64,000 nt of DNA from an uncultured Rivularia sp. (GTDB taxonomy: Bacteria > Cyanobacteriota > Cyanobacteriia > Cyanobacteriales > Nostocaceae), in NCBI GenBank assembly GCA_963665115.1, contig OY762007.1:3136001-3200000 (forward strand). The letters are read 5' to 3'. The notes beneath the pieces were generated by a model that worked only from the letters and a program-made list of their open reading frames with translations, searched no databases and was not told the DNA's origin. Position numbers and translations under genes: made by a program. Positions 52,678 to 62,330 of the stretch are shown piece by piece (position 1 is the stretch's first letter; each line of letters opens with the position of its first letter).

Positions 52678-53382
52678 ATGCTTGTATCGCAGTCGGGAAA
52701 TTACCCAGTTAGTAGTTTGAATCAATTATCTATCTATTCGCAGAGCGATAGCCCCCAGTGTAATTCAATGCTGCCCACGGTAGTAGAACAGTCAGGCATG
52801 GGTGAAAGGGCTTTTGATATCTATTCGCGCCTTCTAAGAGAGCGAATTATCTTCTTGGGAACTCCCATCGATGATGCAGTTGCGAACTCACTTGTCGCTC
52901 AACTATTGTTTCTGGATGCTGACGACTCAGAAAAAGATATACAAATATACGTAAATTCCCCTGGCGGCTCGGTCACGGCAGGCATGGCAATTTATGATAC
53001 AATTCAACAAATCCGTCCAGACGTAGTAACTATATGTTTTGGATTAGCTGCTAGCATGGGTGCTTTATTACTAACAGCTGGAACCGCCGGTAAGCGGATG
53101 TCTCTTCCGGATTCGCGGATCATGATTCATCAACCTTTAGGCGGCGCTCAGGGACAAGCAGTGGATATAGAAATCCAAGCTAAAGAAATTCTTTATCATA
53201 AGTCTAAGTTGAATGAGATTTTAGCATCTCATACTGGTCAACCATTAGAAAAAATAGAAGCTGATACCGAACGAGATTTCTTCATGTCGGCATCCGAAGC
53301 CAAAAACTACGGGTTAATCGATCAGGTTATCTCTAGGCAAAATCTTCCCCCAGCAGGGGAAAACGTTACTAGTGTGAAATAA
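52678..53382 (+). CDS. clpP: ATP-dependent Clp protease proteolytic subunit
   Basis: [32 protein letters not shown]. Confidence 0.97.
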   Translation: MLVSQSGNYPVSSLNQLSIYSQSDSPQCNSMLPTVVEQSGMGERAFDIYSRLLRERIIFLGTPIDDAVANSLVAQLLFLDADDSEKDIQIYVNSPGGSVTAGMAIYDTIQQIRPDVVTICFGLAASMGALLLTAGTAGKRMSLPDSRIMIHQPLGGAQGQAVDIEIQAKEILYHKSKLNEILASHTGQPLEKIEADTERDFFMSASEAKNYGLIDQVISRQNLPPAGENVTSVK

Positions 53383-53391
53383 GAGGCTGGT

Positions 53392-54750
53392 ATGACAGGT
53401 AAGTACGACTCCCATTTAAAATGTTCATTTTGTGGAAAATCTCAAGAGCAGGTACGCAAGCTAATCGCCGGACCGGGAGTCTACATCTGCGATGAGTGCG
53501 TTGACTTGTGTAACGAGATATTAGATGAAGAATTGCTCGATACTAATAGTACAGCAACTGCTTCGCAGCCAGCACCGCGTTCGGAGCCACCTCAGAAACG
53601 CCGTACCCGTTCTGCCAGTCTCTCGTTTAACCAAATACCTAAACCGCGAGAGATTAAGAATTACCTAGACGAACACGTTATTGGTCAAGAAGAAGCCAAA
53701 AAAGTGCTTTCAGTCGCGGTATACAATCACTACAAAAGATTGTCACTGATTAATAGTTCTAAAGAAGTCAGCAAAGATGAGGGCGAGGATTCAGAAACAG
53801 TAGAACTTCAAAAATCGAATATTTTGTTGATTGGTCCTACAGGGTGCGGTAAGACTCTGCTGGCGCAAACTTTAGCGAAAATTCTTGACGTACCTTTTGC
53901 TGTTGCTGACGCTACGACCCTCACCGAAGCCGGTTATGTGGGTGAAGATGTAGAAAACATTTTGCTGCGACTTTTACAAGTTGCCGATTTGGATGTTGAA
54001 GAAGCGCAGCGTGGAATTATCTACATCGACGAAATTGATAAAATCGCTCGCAAGAGCGAAAATCCCTCAATTACGCGGGATGTTTCTGGTGAAGGCGTAC
54101 AGCAAGCTTTGCTGAAAATGCTCGAAGGAACCGTTGCCAACGTACCTCCTCAAGGAGGACGCAAGCACCCCTATCAAGACTGCATCCAGATTGATACGAG
54201 CAATATTCTATTCGTCTGTGGTGGTGCTTTCGTAGGTTTGGAAAAGGTAGTAGAGCAGAGAACTGGTAAAAAGGCAATAGGATTTTTACAGCCAGGAGAA
54301 GGGCAATCCAAAGAAAAGCGGGTAGCGGATACCGTGCGTCATTTAGAGCCGGGGGATCTAGTTAAGTTTGGGATGATACCCGAATTTATTGGACGGGTTC
54401 CAATGGTAGCTGTAGTAGATCCACTTGATGAAGAAGCGCTGATGTCGATTTTAACCGAACCGCGTAGCGCTTTAGTCAAGCAGTATCAAAAGCTGTTGAA
54501 TATGGATAGCGTTCAGTTAGAGTTTAATGCAGAAGCTCTCAAAGCAATAGCTCAAGAAGCTTACCGTCGTAAGACTGGCGCTAGAGCATTACGAGGCATT
54601 GTAGAGGAGCTAATGCTGGATGTAATGTATGAGCTACCCTCCCGTCAAGATGTGAATGTTTGTACGGTAACTCGCGAAATGGTAGAGAAACGTTCCACAG
54701 CAGAATTGTTGGTACATCCCTCTTCCCTACCGAAGCCTGAATCAGCTTAA
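53392..54750 (+). CDS. clpX: ATP-dependent Clp protease ATP-binding subunit ClpX
   Basis: CSFCGK zinc finger, [30 protein letters not shown] loop. Confidence 0.98.
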   Translation: MTGKYDSHLKCSFCGKSQEQVRKLIAGPGVYICDECVDLCNEILDEELLDTNSTATASQPAPRSEPPQKRRTRSASLSFNQIPKPREIKNYLDEHVIGQEEAKKVLSVAVYNHYKRLSLINSSKEVSKDEGEDSETVELQKSNILLIGPTGCGKTLLAQTLAKILDVPFAVADATTLTEAGYVGEDVENILLRLLQVADLDVEEAQRGIIYIDEIDKIARKSENPSITRDVSGEGVQQALLKMLEGTVANVPPQGGRKHPYQDCIQIDTSNILFVCGGAFVGLEKVVEQRTGKKAIGFLQPGEGQSKEKRVADTVRHLEPGDLVKFGMIPEFIGRVPMVAVVDPLDEEALMSILTEPRSALVKQYQKLLNMDSVQLEFNAEALKAIAQEAYRRKTGARALRGIVEELMLDVMYELPSRQDVNVCTVTREMVEKRSTAELLVHPSSLPKPESA

Positions 54751-54833
54751 ATATAGTTAGGAATTAAAAAGTTAGAAGTTAGGAATTATTCTTAACTTCT
54801 AATTTTTTATTTTTGATATTTAATTTTTGATGC

Positions 54834-55730
54834 ATGACTTATATTAAGGTTCGTGGCGTAGAACATTACTACGAGTGGATTAAACAAACATCTGATGGTT
54901 CGGAAAAACCAGTAATGGTGTTTATCCACGGTTGGGCTGGTAGCGCTCGATATTGGCAGACTACTGCCAAAGTTTTATCAGAACAGTTTGATTGTTTACT
55001 TTACGATATGCGGGGATTTGGACGTTCCCGTGGCAAACCTATTGTTGAATCGGAGTCCCTTCAAGATCGAGAAGGCGAAGAAGCAATAGAAGAATTAACC
55101 TATGAGCTAGAAGAATACGTTGAAGATTTAGCAGTATTACTTGATGAATTGCAGTTGCAGCGCGTTTACATCAATGCTCATTCGATGGGTGCATCAATTG
55201 CGACTTTGTTTCTGAACCAATATCAACAACGTGTAGAAAAAACAATTCTGACTTGTAGCGGTATTTTTGAGTATGACAAAAAATCTTTTGAGGCTTTTCA
55301 TAAATTTGGTGGCTACGTCGTCAAATTCCGTCCTCAGTGGTTAGCAAAAATTCCATTAGTTGACAGAATGTTTATGGCACGGTTTCTGTATCGTTCTATA
55401 AAAGTAACCGAACGTCAGGCTTTTTTACAAGACTTTCTGATAGCAGATTACGAAGCGGCTTTAAATACAATTTATACTTCTGTAAGCAAAGCTCAGGCTG
55501 AATTAATGCCACACGAATTTGCCAAGCTCAAAGTACCAACCTTATTAATATCTGGGGAATACGATCGGATTATTCCTGCCGATATGGGACGAAAAGCAGC
55601 AACATTGAGCGATCGAGTTGAGTATGTGATGATTCCCAATACGGCTCATTTTCCTATGTTAGAAGATCCAAAAACTTATTTGGAAACGGTCAAGAAATTT
55701 TTGCAATTACCTACACTGCTGTCTGCGTGA
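54834..55730 (+). CDS. Alpha/beta hydrolase
   Basis: HGWAGS, DMRGFGRS, AHSMG, AHFPMLE. Confidence 0.9.
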   Translation: MTYIKVRGVEHYYEWIKQTSDGSEKPVMVFIHGWAGSARYWQTTAKVLSEQFDCLLYDMRGFGRSRGKPIVESESLQDREGEEAIEELTYELEEYVEDLAVLLDELQLQRVYINAHSMGASIATLFLNQYQQRVEKTILTCSGIFEYDKKSFEAFHKFGGYVVKFRPQWLAKIPLVDRMFMARFLYRSIKVTERQAFLQDFLIADYEAALNTIYTSVSKAQAELMPHEFAKLKVPTLLISGEYDRIIPADMGRKAATLSDRVEYVMIPNTAHFPMLEDPKTYLETVKKFLQLPTLLSA

Positions 55731-55896
55731 GAGATGAGGGGATGGATGGGGAGACAAGGGGACAAGGAGATGAAGAGGTGAGGGGATGATGGGATAAGAG
55801 GATGAGGAAATAACTTTTATTTCATCACACCATCATCATTCTTTACTCGCTACTCACTACTTACTACTCCCTAACTCTTCCCCATGACCAATTCCC

Positions 55897-56883
55897 TTAT
55901 CCCAAACCCAATTCTCTCTTGAGTAAATTAATTGATTTACTGCCGATATAATTTTCACAATTAACTAGTTTAGGTGGACGAATGATGTCTTCTATCGCCA
56001 TCTGCATGGCACCTTGTACTGCTGAATAACTAGTCTTATCAGTACAAAAAATTAATTGTGCCCGCTTAACTATTGCCCCTAATTTATAGCTATCTTTAGG
56101 TTGGGAAGTCATCACCAATATTTCGTCTCCCCGCAAACCGTGAAGAATTACTTCTGTTGCTCGGAGAATTCCGGAACTAAGGCTGACAATGCCAATACAA
56201 CTATCTTTTGATAGATTTTTAACAATATTGAATTCTTTGGCGTAATCATGGATATCAAGAGGAATTACACGTACTGCTCTAGGTGCTGCAATTGCTTCTA
56301 CTTCTCCGATAAAATATCGACTTGTAACAACCGTTGCCGAAGTAGTTTTATCTAATACAGCGGATAGTTCTTCGGTAGCTACTAACTGTACTGGTATTTG
56401 TAGCGTTTGTTCCAATTCTTGTACTATCAATTCACCAGCACCAATATCCTGACTAGGGACAGCTACAAGCACCCGCGCACTACAACGTAACCGCCAATCA
56501 ATTTCTGCCAGAAATATTTCGCGGGCTTGATTGAGCGAACAACCTTGAGCAAGTAGTTCATCAAGTGCCTTCTGAACAACTTTGTATGCTAAGGGATGTT
56601 GTTTAAGAATCGGTGACTGTAGCTTGCTACCACCCTCATGTCCCTGAGCGCGGACGTAAATTCCCGAACCAGCCAGACTTTCTACCAGCCCGTCTTCCTC
56701 CAATTGGCGGTAAACTTTGCTAATAGTATTGCGATGCAAGCCGGTTTGCATCGCCAACGCTCTGGTTGAAGGCAACTTATAGGCTGGTGGATATTGCCTT
56801 GAGGCGATCGCAAATCTAATTTGGTTGAACAGTTGAGTTGATGCGGGAATTTCACTATCTGGCTGAATGCGGAATTGAATCAT
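55897..56883 (-). CDS. plmA: GntR-family regulator, PlmA subfamily
   Basis: IQPDSEIPASTQLFNQI...LPSTRALAMQTGLHRNTISKVY; cyanobacterial C-terminal domain. Confidence 0.85.
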   Translation of the reverse strand: MIQFRIQPDSEIPASTQLFNQIRFAIASRQYPPAYKLPSTRALAMQTGLHRNTISKVYRQLEEDGLVESLAGSGIYVRAQGHEGGSKLQSPILKQHPLAYKVVQKALDELLAQGCSLNQAREIFLAEIDWRLRCSARVLVAVPSQDIGAGELIVQELEQTLQIPVQLVATEELSAVLDKTTSATVVTSRYFIGEVEAIAAPRAVRVIPLDIHDYAKEFNIVKNLSKDSCIGIVSLSSGILRATEVILHGLRGDEILVMTSQPKDSYKLGAIVKRAQLIFCTDKTSYSAVQGAMQMAIEDIIRPPKLVNCENYIGSKSINLLKRELGLG

Positions 56884-57095
56884 CACCTTCGTTATAGGGG
56901 TGCTAATAGCTTAAAAGGGAACTTGTAAAAATCGGTGTAGTTGCTTTTGGGTCGGATATTTTATTTATACAACGAATTTAATAAGGGAAAGTTTTTATCG
57001 TCGGGGTTATTACTAATTGATAATTTTATGAGAGTTAAACAGTTGTTACTGGCATCACTATATCTAATAATCACACCACACTGGTAAAAACTATT

Positions 57096-57836
57096 ATGAC
57101 AGACCGTGTAATCGACACTAAAACCGTAACAATAGGCTCAGATTCGGTGCAAGTAGATGCTTATTTGGCAAAACCTCAAGCTGAAGGCAATTATCCGGGA
57201 ATTGTAGTTTTGCAGGAGATATTTGGAGTTAACGCGCACATTCAGGAAGTTACCGAACGTATCGCCAAGGAAGGATATATTGCGATTGCCCCCGCATTAT
57301 TTCAACGTCAAGCACCCGGGTTTGCTACCGGCTATACTCCCGAAGATATAGAAGTGGGTAGAAATTACGCTTGGGGACAAACTAAAGCATCGGAGCTACT
57401 AAGCGATATTCAATCGGCTATAGATTATCTAAAAACCTTACCCGAAGTAAAAAAAGATGCATTCGGCTGCATTGGTTTCTGCTTCGGCGGTCATGTAGCA
57501 TATCTTGCTGCCAGTTTAGCCGATATAAAAGCTACCGCTTCATTTTATGGCGCACGTATAACCACTACTACTCCCGGTGGTGACGAACCTACTATAAATG
57601 TTACTTCACAAATCAAAGGTATGCTTTATACCTTTTTTGGTATGGAAGATTCCAGTATCCCTACAGAACAAGTAGACCAAATTGAAGCTGAATTAGAAAA
57701 ATGTCAAGTACCGGGAAGTGTATTTCGTTACAAAGGTGCCAACCACGGCTTTTTTTGCGATCGCCGTGCTAGCTACAATGCTCAAGCTGCTGCGGATGCT
57801 TGGGAACAGGTTAAAGAATTATTTGGGCAGCTTTAG
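57096..57836 (+). CDS. Dienelactone hydrolase family protein
   Basis: QEIFGVN, GFCFGG, HGFFCDRR. Confidence 0.92.
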   Translation: MTDRVIDTKTVTIGSDSVQVDAYLAKPQAEGNYPGIVVLQEIFGVNAHIQEVTERIAKEGYIAIAPALFQRQAPGFATGYTPEDIEVGRNYAWGQTKASELLSDIQSAIDYLKTLPEVKKDAFGCIGFCFGGHVAYLAASLADIKATASFYGARITTTTPGGDEPTINVTSQIKGMLYTFFGMEDSSIPTEQVDQIEAELEKCQVPGSVFRYKGANHGFFCDRRASYNAQAAADAWEQVKELFGQL

Positions 57837-58054
57837 CCATTTTGACTGGATTTGTAGGATATGGTGTAAGAGTTGTCATTTAGTTATCGATCGGATAATT
57901 AACTTTTTACAATCTGCTTTATTTTACGGCTGCAAAACTGTTTAAAAAAGTGTTTGAAAGAATGAATTATTATTCGTTACATAATTAATCATTGATAACT
58001 AATAAATTGCTCTCTCGAAGGGCGCTATAAATCTTAATTCATCTTCAATTTGTT

Positions 58055-58970
58055 ATGGAGAACGAAGCAAACATCTCTCAAAAAGCCGGTACGTCCTTTA
58101 CAATGGACGATTTTGCCGCAGCTTTAGAAAAACATGATTACCAGTTCCAAAAAGGGCAGGTAGTCAAAGGAAAAGTATTCCAAATTGATCCAGATGGAGC
58201 TTATGCCGATATTGGAGGCAAGTCAAGTGCCTTTATTCCTCGTCATGAAGCGGCTTTGAGAGAGGTAATAGATTTATCAGAAGTTCTACCACTTCATGAG
58301 GAACTAGAATTTGTAATTGTCCAAGAGCAAAATGCAGAAGGGCAAGTAACTGTTTCTCGCCGCCAGTTAGAAATGAGACAGATTTGGAAAAAACTGGTAG
58401 AAATGCAAGAAACTACCAAAAGTGTAGACGTGGAGGTAATGAAACGCCAACAAAGGTGGTGTCACTGTCGATCTTCTCGGTTTGCGCGGCTTTATTCCTC
58501 GTTCTCACTTACTTGAGCGCAACAACTTGGAGGCACTCAAAGGGCGAAAACTCACTGTTAGCTTTTTAGAAGTTAATCAGAATACGAATAAACTTGTACT
58601 TTCCCAACGTTTAGCAAAAAGTTCCGCGAGCTTCAGTTTATTAGAAATAGGTCAGTTAATAGAAGGGAAAATAACTGGTATCAAAGCATTTGGCGTATTT
58701 GTTGATATAAACGGCGTTAGCGCTTTACTTCACATCAAACAGATAAGCCAGAAGTTTATTGACAATATCGAAAAGGTATTTCAACCCGATCGAGAAATTA
58801 AAGCTCTTATCATCGATATAGATGAAGGAAAAGGTAGAGTTGCACTTTCTACCAGAGTTTTAGAAAACTTCCCTGGTGAAATGCTTGAAAATATGGAAGA
58901 AGTCATGACTTCCGCCGAAGCACGCGCCGAAAGAGCTAGAAAACAGCTTTTGGAATCAGCTAACGGTTAA
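58055..58970 (+). CDS. S1 RNA-binding domain protein (ribosomal S1 homolog; apparent +1 frameshift at ~58442-58444)
   Basis: Three S1 domains (DIGGKSSAFIP; RGFIPRSH; FGVFVD...LLHI) across two ORFs. Confidence 0.9.
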
Positions 58971-59016
58971 TAAGAGTTAGGAATTGATAGTTGAAGGATT
59001 TCACAACTAACAACTA

Positions 59017-59508
59017 TCAACTAACTACCAACAATTCCCTATTATGCCGATAGCAATTTCGCATTTTCTGTAATATTTCTTCATCAAAGGTAAATTTAAT
59101 TAGTTTAATTAGTTTGCCCCATTCATAGAGAGCTTCTTTACCAATACTTTGATTAAATTGAATGGCATAAAACCGCGCCCACCACTTGGGTGCTTGCTTC
59201 CTATTAACAAAATCATGTTTCTTCAACCAGCGTCTGCACCATTTAGCCATTTCTGAAGCGGAAGGTGGCGCAACTCCTATTACTGGCGGGAAATCGGCGT
59301 AGCTGACAAATTTGCTCAAACCCTTGCCGTGGACATAGACGACATATTGCCAGCATTCGACTACATAAATATCTTCAAATTTGATTTTAAATTTCAAACA
59401 AACTGCTTCTTCTGTAACGAATCGCGCTAATGGGTGAATTTCTGAGGACTTATAAGAAATTTTTGATTCCCTGATGACAAGCTTTCTTGCTTTGAGCGAT
59501 GTTAACAT
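59017..59508 (-). CDS. Hypothetical cyanobacterial protein
   Basis: 163 aa ORF (WQYVVYVHGKG.SKFVSYADFPP) divergent from the XRE pair. Confidence 0.7.
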   Translation of the reverse strand: MLTSLKARKLVIRESKISYKSSEIHPLARFVTEEAVCLKFKIKFEDIYVVECWQYVVYVHGKGLSKFVSYADFPPVIGVAPPSASEMAKWCRRWLKKHDFVNRKQAPKWWARFYAIQFNQSIGKEALYEWGKLIKLIKFTFDEEILQKMRNCYRHNRELLVVS

Positions 59509-59510
59509 GG

Positions 59511-59587
59511 TAGATGAATCCTGTAAGCGATAGTAGATGAATCCTGTAAGCAGTAATAGATGAATCCTGTAAGCAGTAATAGATGAA
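59511..59587. repeat. 23-bp tandem direct repeat (3 full copies plus a partial copy)
   Basis: TAGATGAATCCTGTAAGC-N5 at 59511, 59534 and 59557; partial at 59580. Confidence 0.9.
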
Positions 59588-59797
59588 ATCTTCTAGTAAG
59601 TTGTAAATGATGCATTCATTTAACAGATAAACCCTATTGCTAGTAGGAGGATTCTGTGAATGTACGATTTACATTGTTTTCGGGATTTCGATATTTTGAC
59701 TATGATTGCCCTTCATTTGTTATGCTGAAGGGTAATCATTTATTTTTTCTAGAATAAAAAAATTATCTGACTAAGCGAAGTCATTTGTCAAGAGGCT

Positions 59798-60010
59798 ATG
59801 GGAATAATTAGGTTAAAAGTTCGAGAGCTTGCTGCTGAAAAAGGGTGGACAATAAAGGAGGTTTCTGACCGCTCTGGAGTTGTTTATAGTACTCTTAGAA
59901 CCTATGCCCGTTCGCCTGGAATGACGATGGTTGACTTTACTGCTATTCAAAAGCTAGCTCGTGCGTTCGACGTGATGATAGAAGAATTGGTTGAAGTAGT
60001 AGAAGAGTAA
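59798..60010 (+). CDS. XRE/Cro-type HTH regulator
   Basis: LKVRELAAEKGWTIKEVSDRSGV...KLARAFDVMIEELVE. Confidence 0.9.
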   Translation: MGIIRLKVRELAAEKGWTIKEVSDRSGVVYSTLRTYARSPGMTMVDFTAIQKLARAFDVMIEELVEVVEE

Positions 60011-60195
60011 GCTTTTTAATTAATTTTTTACAATAAAAGACTCAATGGCCTCATGGGGCTTGTAAGATTAAGGATTAGGGAATTTATCAACGAGAAAGGT
60101 TGGACGCTCAAAGAAGTCTCCGAACGTTCTGGAGTTGTTTATAGTACTCTGAGAACCTATGCCCGTTCGCCTGGAATGACGATGGTTGACTTTAC

Positions 60196-61685
60196 CATCA
60201 ACCGCGAGAAGGCTCACACCGAATTCTTTGAATCGGTGTTGAGATGAATCGCGGGCAGAGTTTTAACAGATAACGAGTCAATCCATTCTTCTACAATTGC
60301 CGTCATTGTTTTATCTCTATCTAAAGCATAAGCTCTAAGAATATTTAATCTTTTTTCGCTAATTCTTAAATTTAGTGCTTTGTTTTTCATGATAATCTAC
60401 ACAATAACTACACATATATGTTAATATATCAATAGGTCGATAGCAAGAGGGATTTATTAATGAGAATTTCTTATCAATACCGATTAAAGCCGAATAAAGA
60501 GCAACGAGAAATTATTGATAACACACTCGATATGTTGCGTTGTCAATATAATTATCAGCTTGCACAGCGGTTTGATTGGTACGAACAGAATCGCTGTTCT
60601 ATTGATAGATGCCCTCTTGTTTGTCATCTTCCAGAATTAAAAAATAAACCGAACAAAGTAAGCCAAGAAAAAAGTTTAGTTCAACTAAAAAAAGATAGAC
60701 CTTGGTACAAAAAAATTCATAGCCAGGTACTTCAAGCTGTATCTGACAAAGTAGAAAAAACTTTTGATAGATGGCTCAAAGGTGATAGTAACGGTAAGCG
60801 TTCTGGTCGTCCAAGATTTAAAGGTGTAGGACGTTATAAAACATTTACATATAAACAATTCAAACAGCATCCTAAAGTTGGTAATAAAATTACGCTATCA
60901 AAAATTGGTGAGTTAAAAGTAATTGTACACCGACCTATCCCAGATGGTTTCGTTATCAAAACCCTATCTGTAACGAAAAAAGCTAGCGGTTACTATGTAA
61001 CTTTAAGTCTTGATAACAAAGAAGTCCCAACAATTAAACCAGATTTCAATGCTGATAATATTGTAGGTATTGATGTTGGGCTGATTGATTTTTATGTAGC
61101 TTCTGATAATACCCGAATTGCTGCACCAAAACATTTACGAAAAGCACAACGTAAATTATCCGCAGCACAACGTAAAGTATCGCGGCGGCATATTGGCTCA
61201 AATCGTCGCAAAAAAGCAATTAAAAAGTTAGGTATTAGACATAAAAAGGTAGCTGATACCCGAAAAGATTTTCACTTTAAAACAGCTAAAAAACTACTAG
61301 ACAAATACGATGTCGTAGTAGTTGAAAAGCTGAATATCAAAGGACTTGTTAAAACAAGATTAGCTAAATCAATTAATGATGCTGGTTGGGGTCAATTCAT
61401 TTGTATACTGACAAACAAAGCCGAAAATGCTGGTTTGAAAGTTATTGCTGTGAATCCCAACGGTACAAGTCAATCTTGTTCTAGTTGTGGTCATATTGTC
61501 AAAAAGCCGCTGTCTCAAAGAATGCATAATTGCCCAGTGTGCAAAACCACCATCTGCCGGGACTTGAACGCAGCGCGGAACATCAAGGTGCGTGGGGACG
61601 CACGCCCTAAAAGCTCAGTTTATGTCGTCAAAGACGAGTCGCTGAGAAGCTCACACCTACTCGAAGAGAGGTGTGAGTACGTCAC
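60196..61685 (+). mobile_element. Non-autonomous IS200/IS605-family (IS1341-like) TnpB element
   Basis: Inserted 3' of TTTAC with no TSD; subterminal hairpins CTCACACC...GGTGT(T)GAG at both ends; right end GTCAC; no tnpA. Confidence 0.9.
60214..60390 (-). CDS. Small ribbon-helix-helix-like protein inside the TnpB element
   Basis: MKNKALNLRISEKRLNILRAYALDRDKTMTAIVEEWIDSL...; divergent from tnpB. Confidence 0.7.
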   Translation of the reverse strand: MKNKALNLRISEKRLNILRAYALDRDKTMTAIVEEWIDSLSVKTLPAIHLNTDSKNSV

Positions 61686-61755
61686 GTCCATTCAGAAGCT
61701 AGCTCGTGCGTTCGACGTGATGATTGAAGAGTTAGTCGAAGTTGTTGAAGAGTAA
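60460..61755 (+). CDS. tnpB: RNA-guided endonuclease TnpB (true stop probably ~61645)
   Basis: YQYRLKP N-terminus; RuvC GIDVG / VEKL / RDLNAA intact; CSSC/CPVC zinc ribbon. Confidence 0.93.
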   Translation: MRISYQYRLKPNKEQREIIDNTLDMLRCQYNYQLAQRFDWYEQNRCSIDRCPLVCHLPELKNKPNKVSQEKSLVQLKKDRPWYKKIHSQVLQAVSDKVEKTFDRWLKGDSNGKRSGRPRFKGVGRYKTFTYKQFKQHPKVGNKITLSKIGELKVIVHRPIPDGFVIKTLSVTKKASGYYVTLSLDNKEVPTIKPDFNADNIVGIDVGLIDFYVASDNTRIAAPKHLRKAQRKLSAAQRKVSRRHIGSNRRKKAIKKLGIRHKKVADTRKDFHFKTAKKLLDKYDVVVVEKLNIKGLVKTRLAKSINDAGWGQFICILTNKAENAGLKVIAVNPNGTSQSCSSCGHIVKKPLSQRMHNCPVCKTTICRDLNAARNIKVRGDARPKSSVYVVKDESLRSSHLLEERCEYVTSIQKLARAFDVMIEELVEVVEE

Positions 61756-62269
61756 CTAATTAAAAAGGCGATACTTGGGCATGAGTTTCGCTTAACGCCA
61801 ATGCAGCAGATTATAAACTATAAGAATAATTATGCTAAAAATATAGGACTTCGCAAGTAAAAAAATTGCTCTCCTGATTGGCAATTATTGAGTTTACTGC
61901 CATTAGACATGAAGCTCGTGCATTCAATGTGATGATTGAAAACTAGTTGAAATAATTGAATGCTTAAAAATTATTAACATAAGAACATTCAATTCAGTTT
62001 TTGCTTTAATTACAAAAAATAAAAAAAGAATGCGAGTATAAAAATATAAAATTCTATTTTCAATTCTATCGAGTTAGGGTTGTTAACCGCCCGAAACCTA
62101 TATCTACACTAAATTTAAAGCAATTAACCACTAACCACTAACCACTAACAAATATATCTTCTGACTGTATAACCACGGATGGTTACAAAACTAGCGGTCA
62201 GATATTTCAGGAATAATGCGGACGCACTGTCCCGAAATATCATGGTACTTTACACATTAGCGTTCCTCT

Positions 62270-62309
62270 GCTAAAGAGGGCGGTTTAAGCCCGCCTTCTT
62301 AGCATTTTT
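62270..62309. terminator. GC-rich hairpin terminator (possibly bidirectional)
   Basis: GCTAAAGAGGGCGG-TTTAAG-CCCGCCTTCTTAGC followed by ATTTTT. Confidence 0.65.
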
Positions 62310-62330
62310 CTTAGTTTAACTCAGAAATTT

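Larger units (their letters stand above)
60053..61755 (+). pseudogene. Second XRE HTH paralog split by an IS200/IS605-family insertion
   Basis: 5' part 60053-60195 (...TMVDFT) plus 3' part 61686-61755 (SIQKLARAFDVMIEELVEVVEE*) rejoin into a 70-aa paralog of the 59798 gene. Confidence 0.9.

Noticed and set aside
59511..59587. Possible mini CRISPR array
   Set aside because: Units are contiguous 23-mers with no unique spacers, and there are no cas genes in the window.
61560..61755. TnpB apparently fused in frame to the C-terminus of the host XRE protein
   Set aside because: Removing one G from GGGG at 61594-61597 gives ...RGTHALKAQFMSSKTSR* (stop ~61645), which resembles a usual TnpB tail and fits the +1 error mode seen elsewhere; the fusion is probably an artefact.
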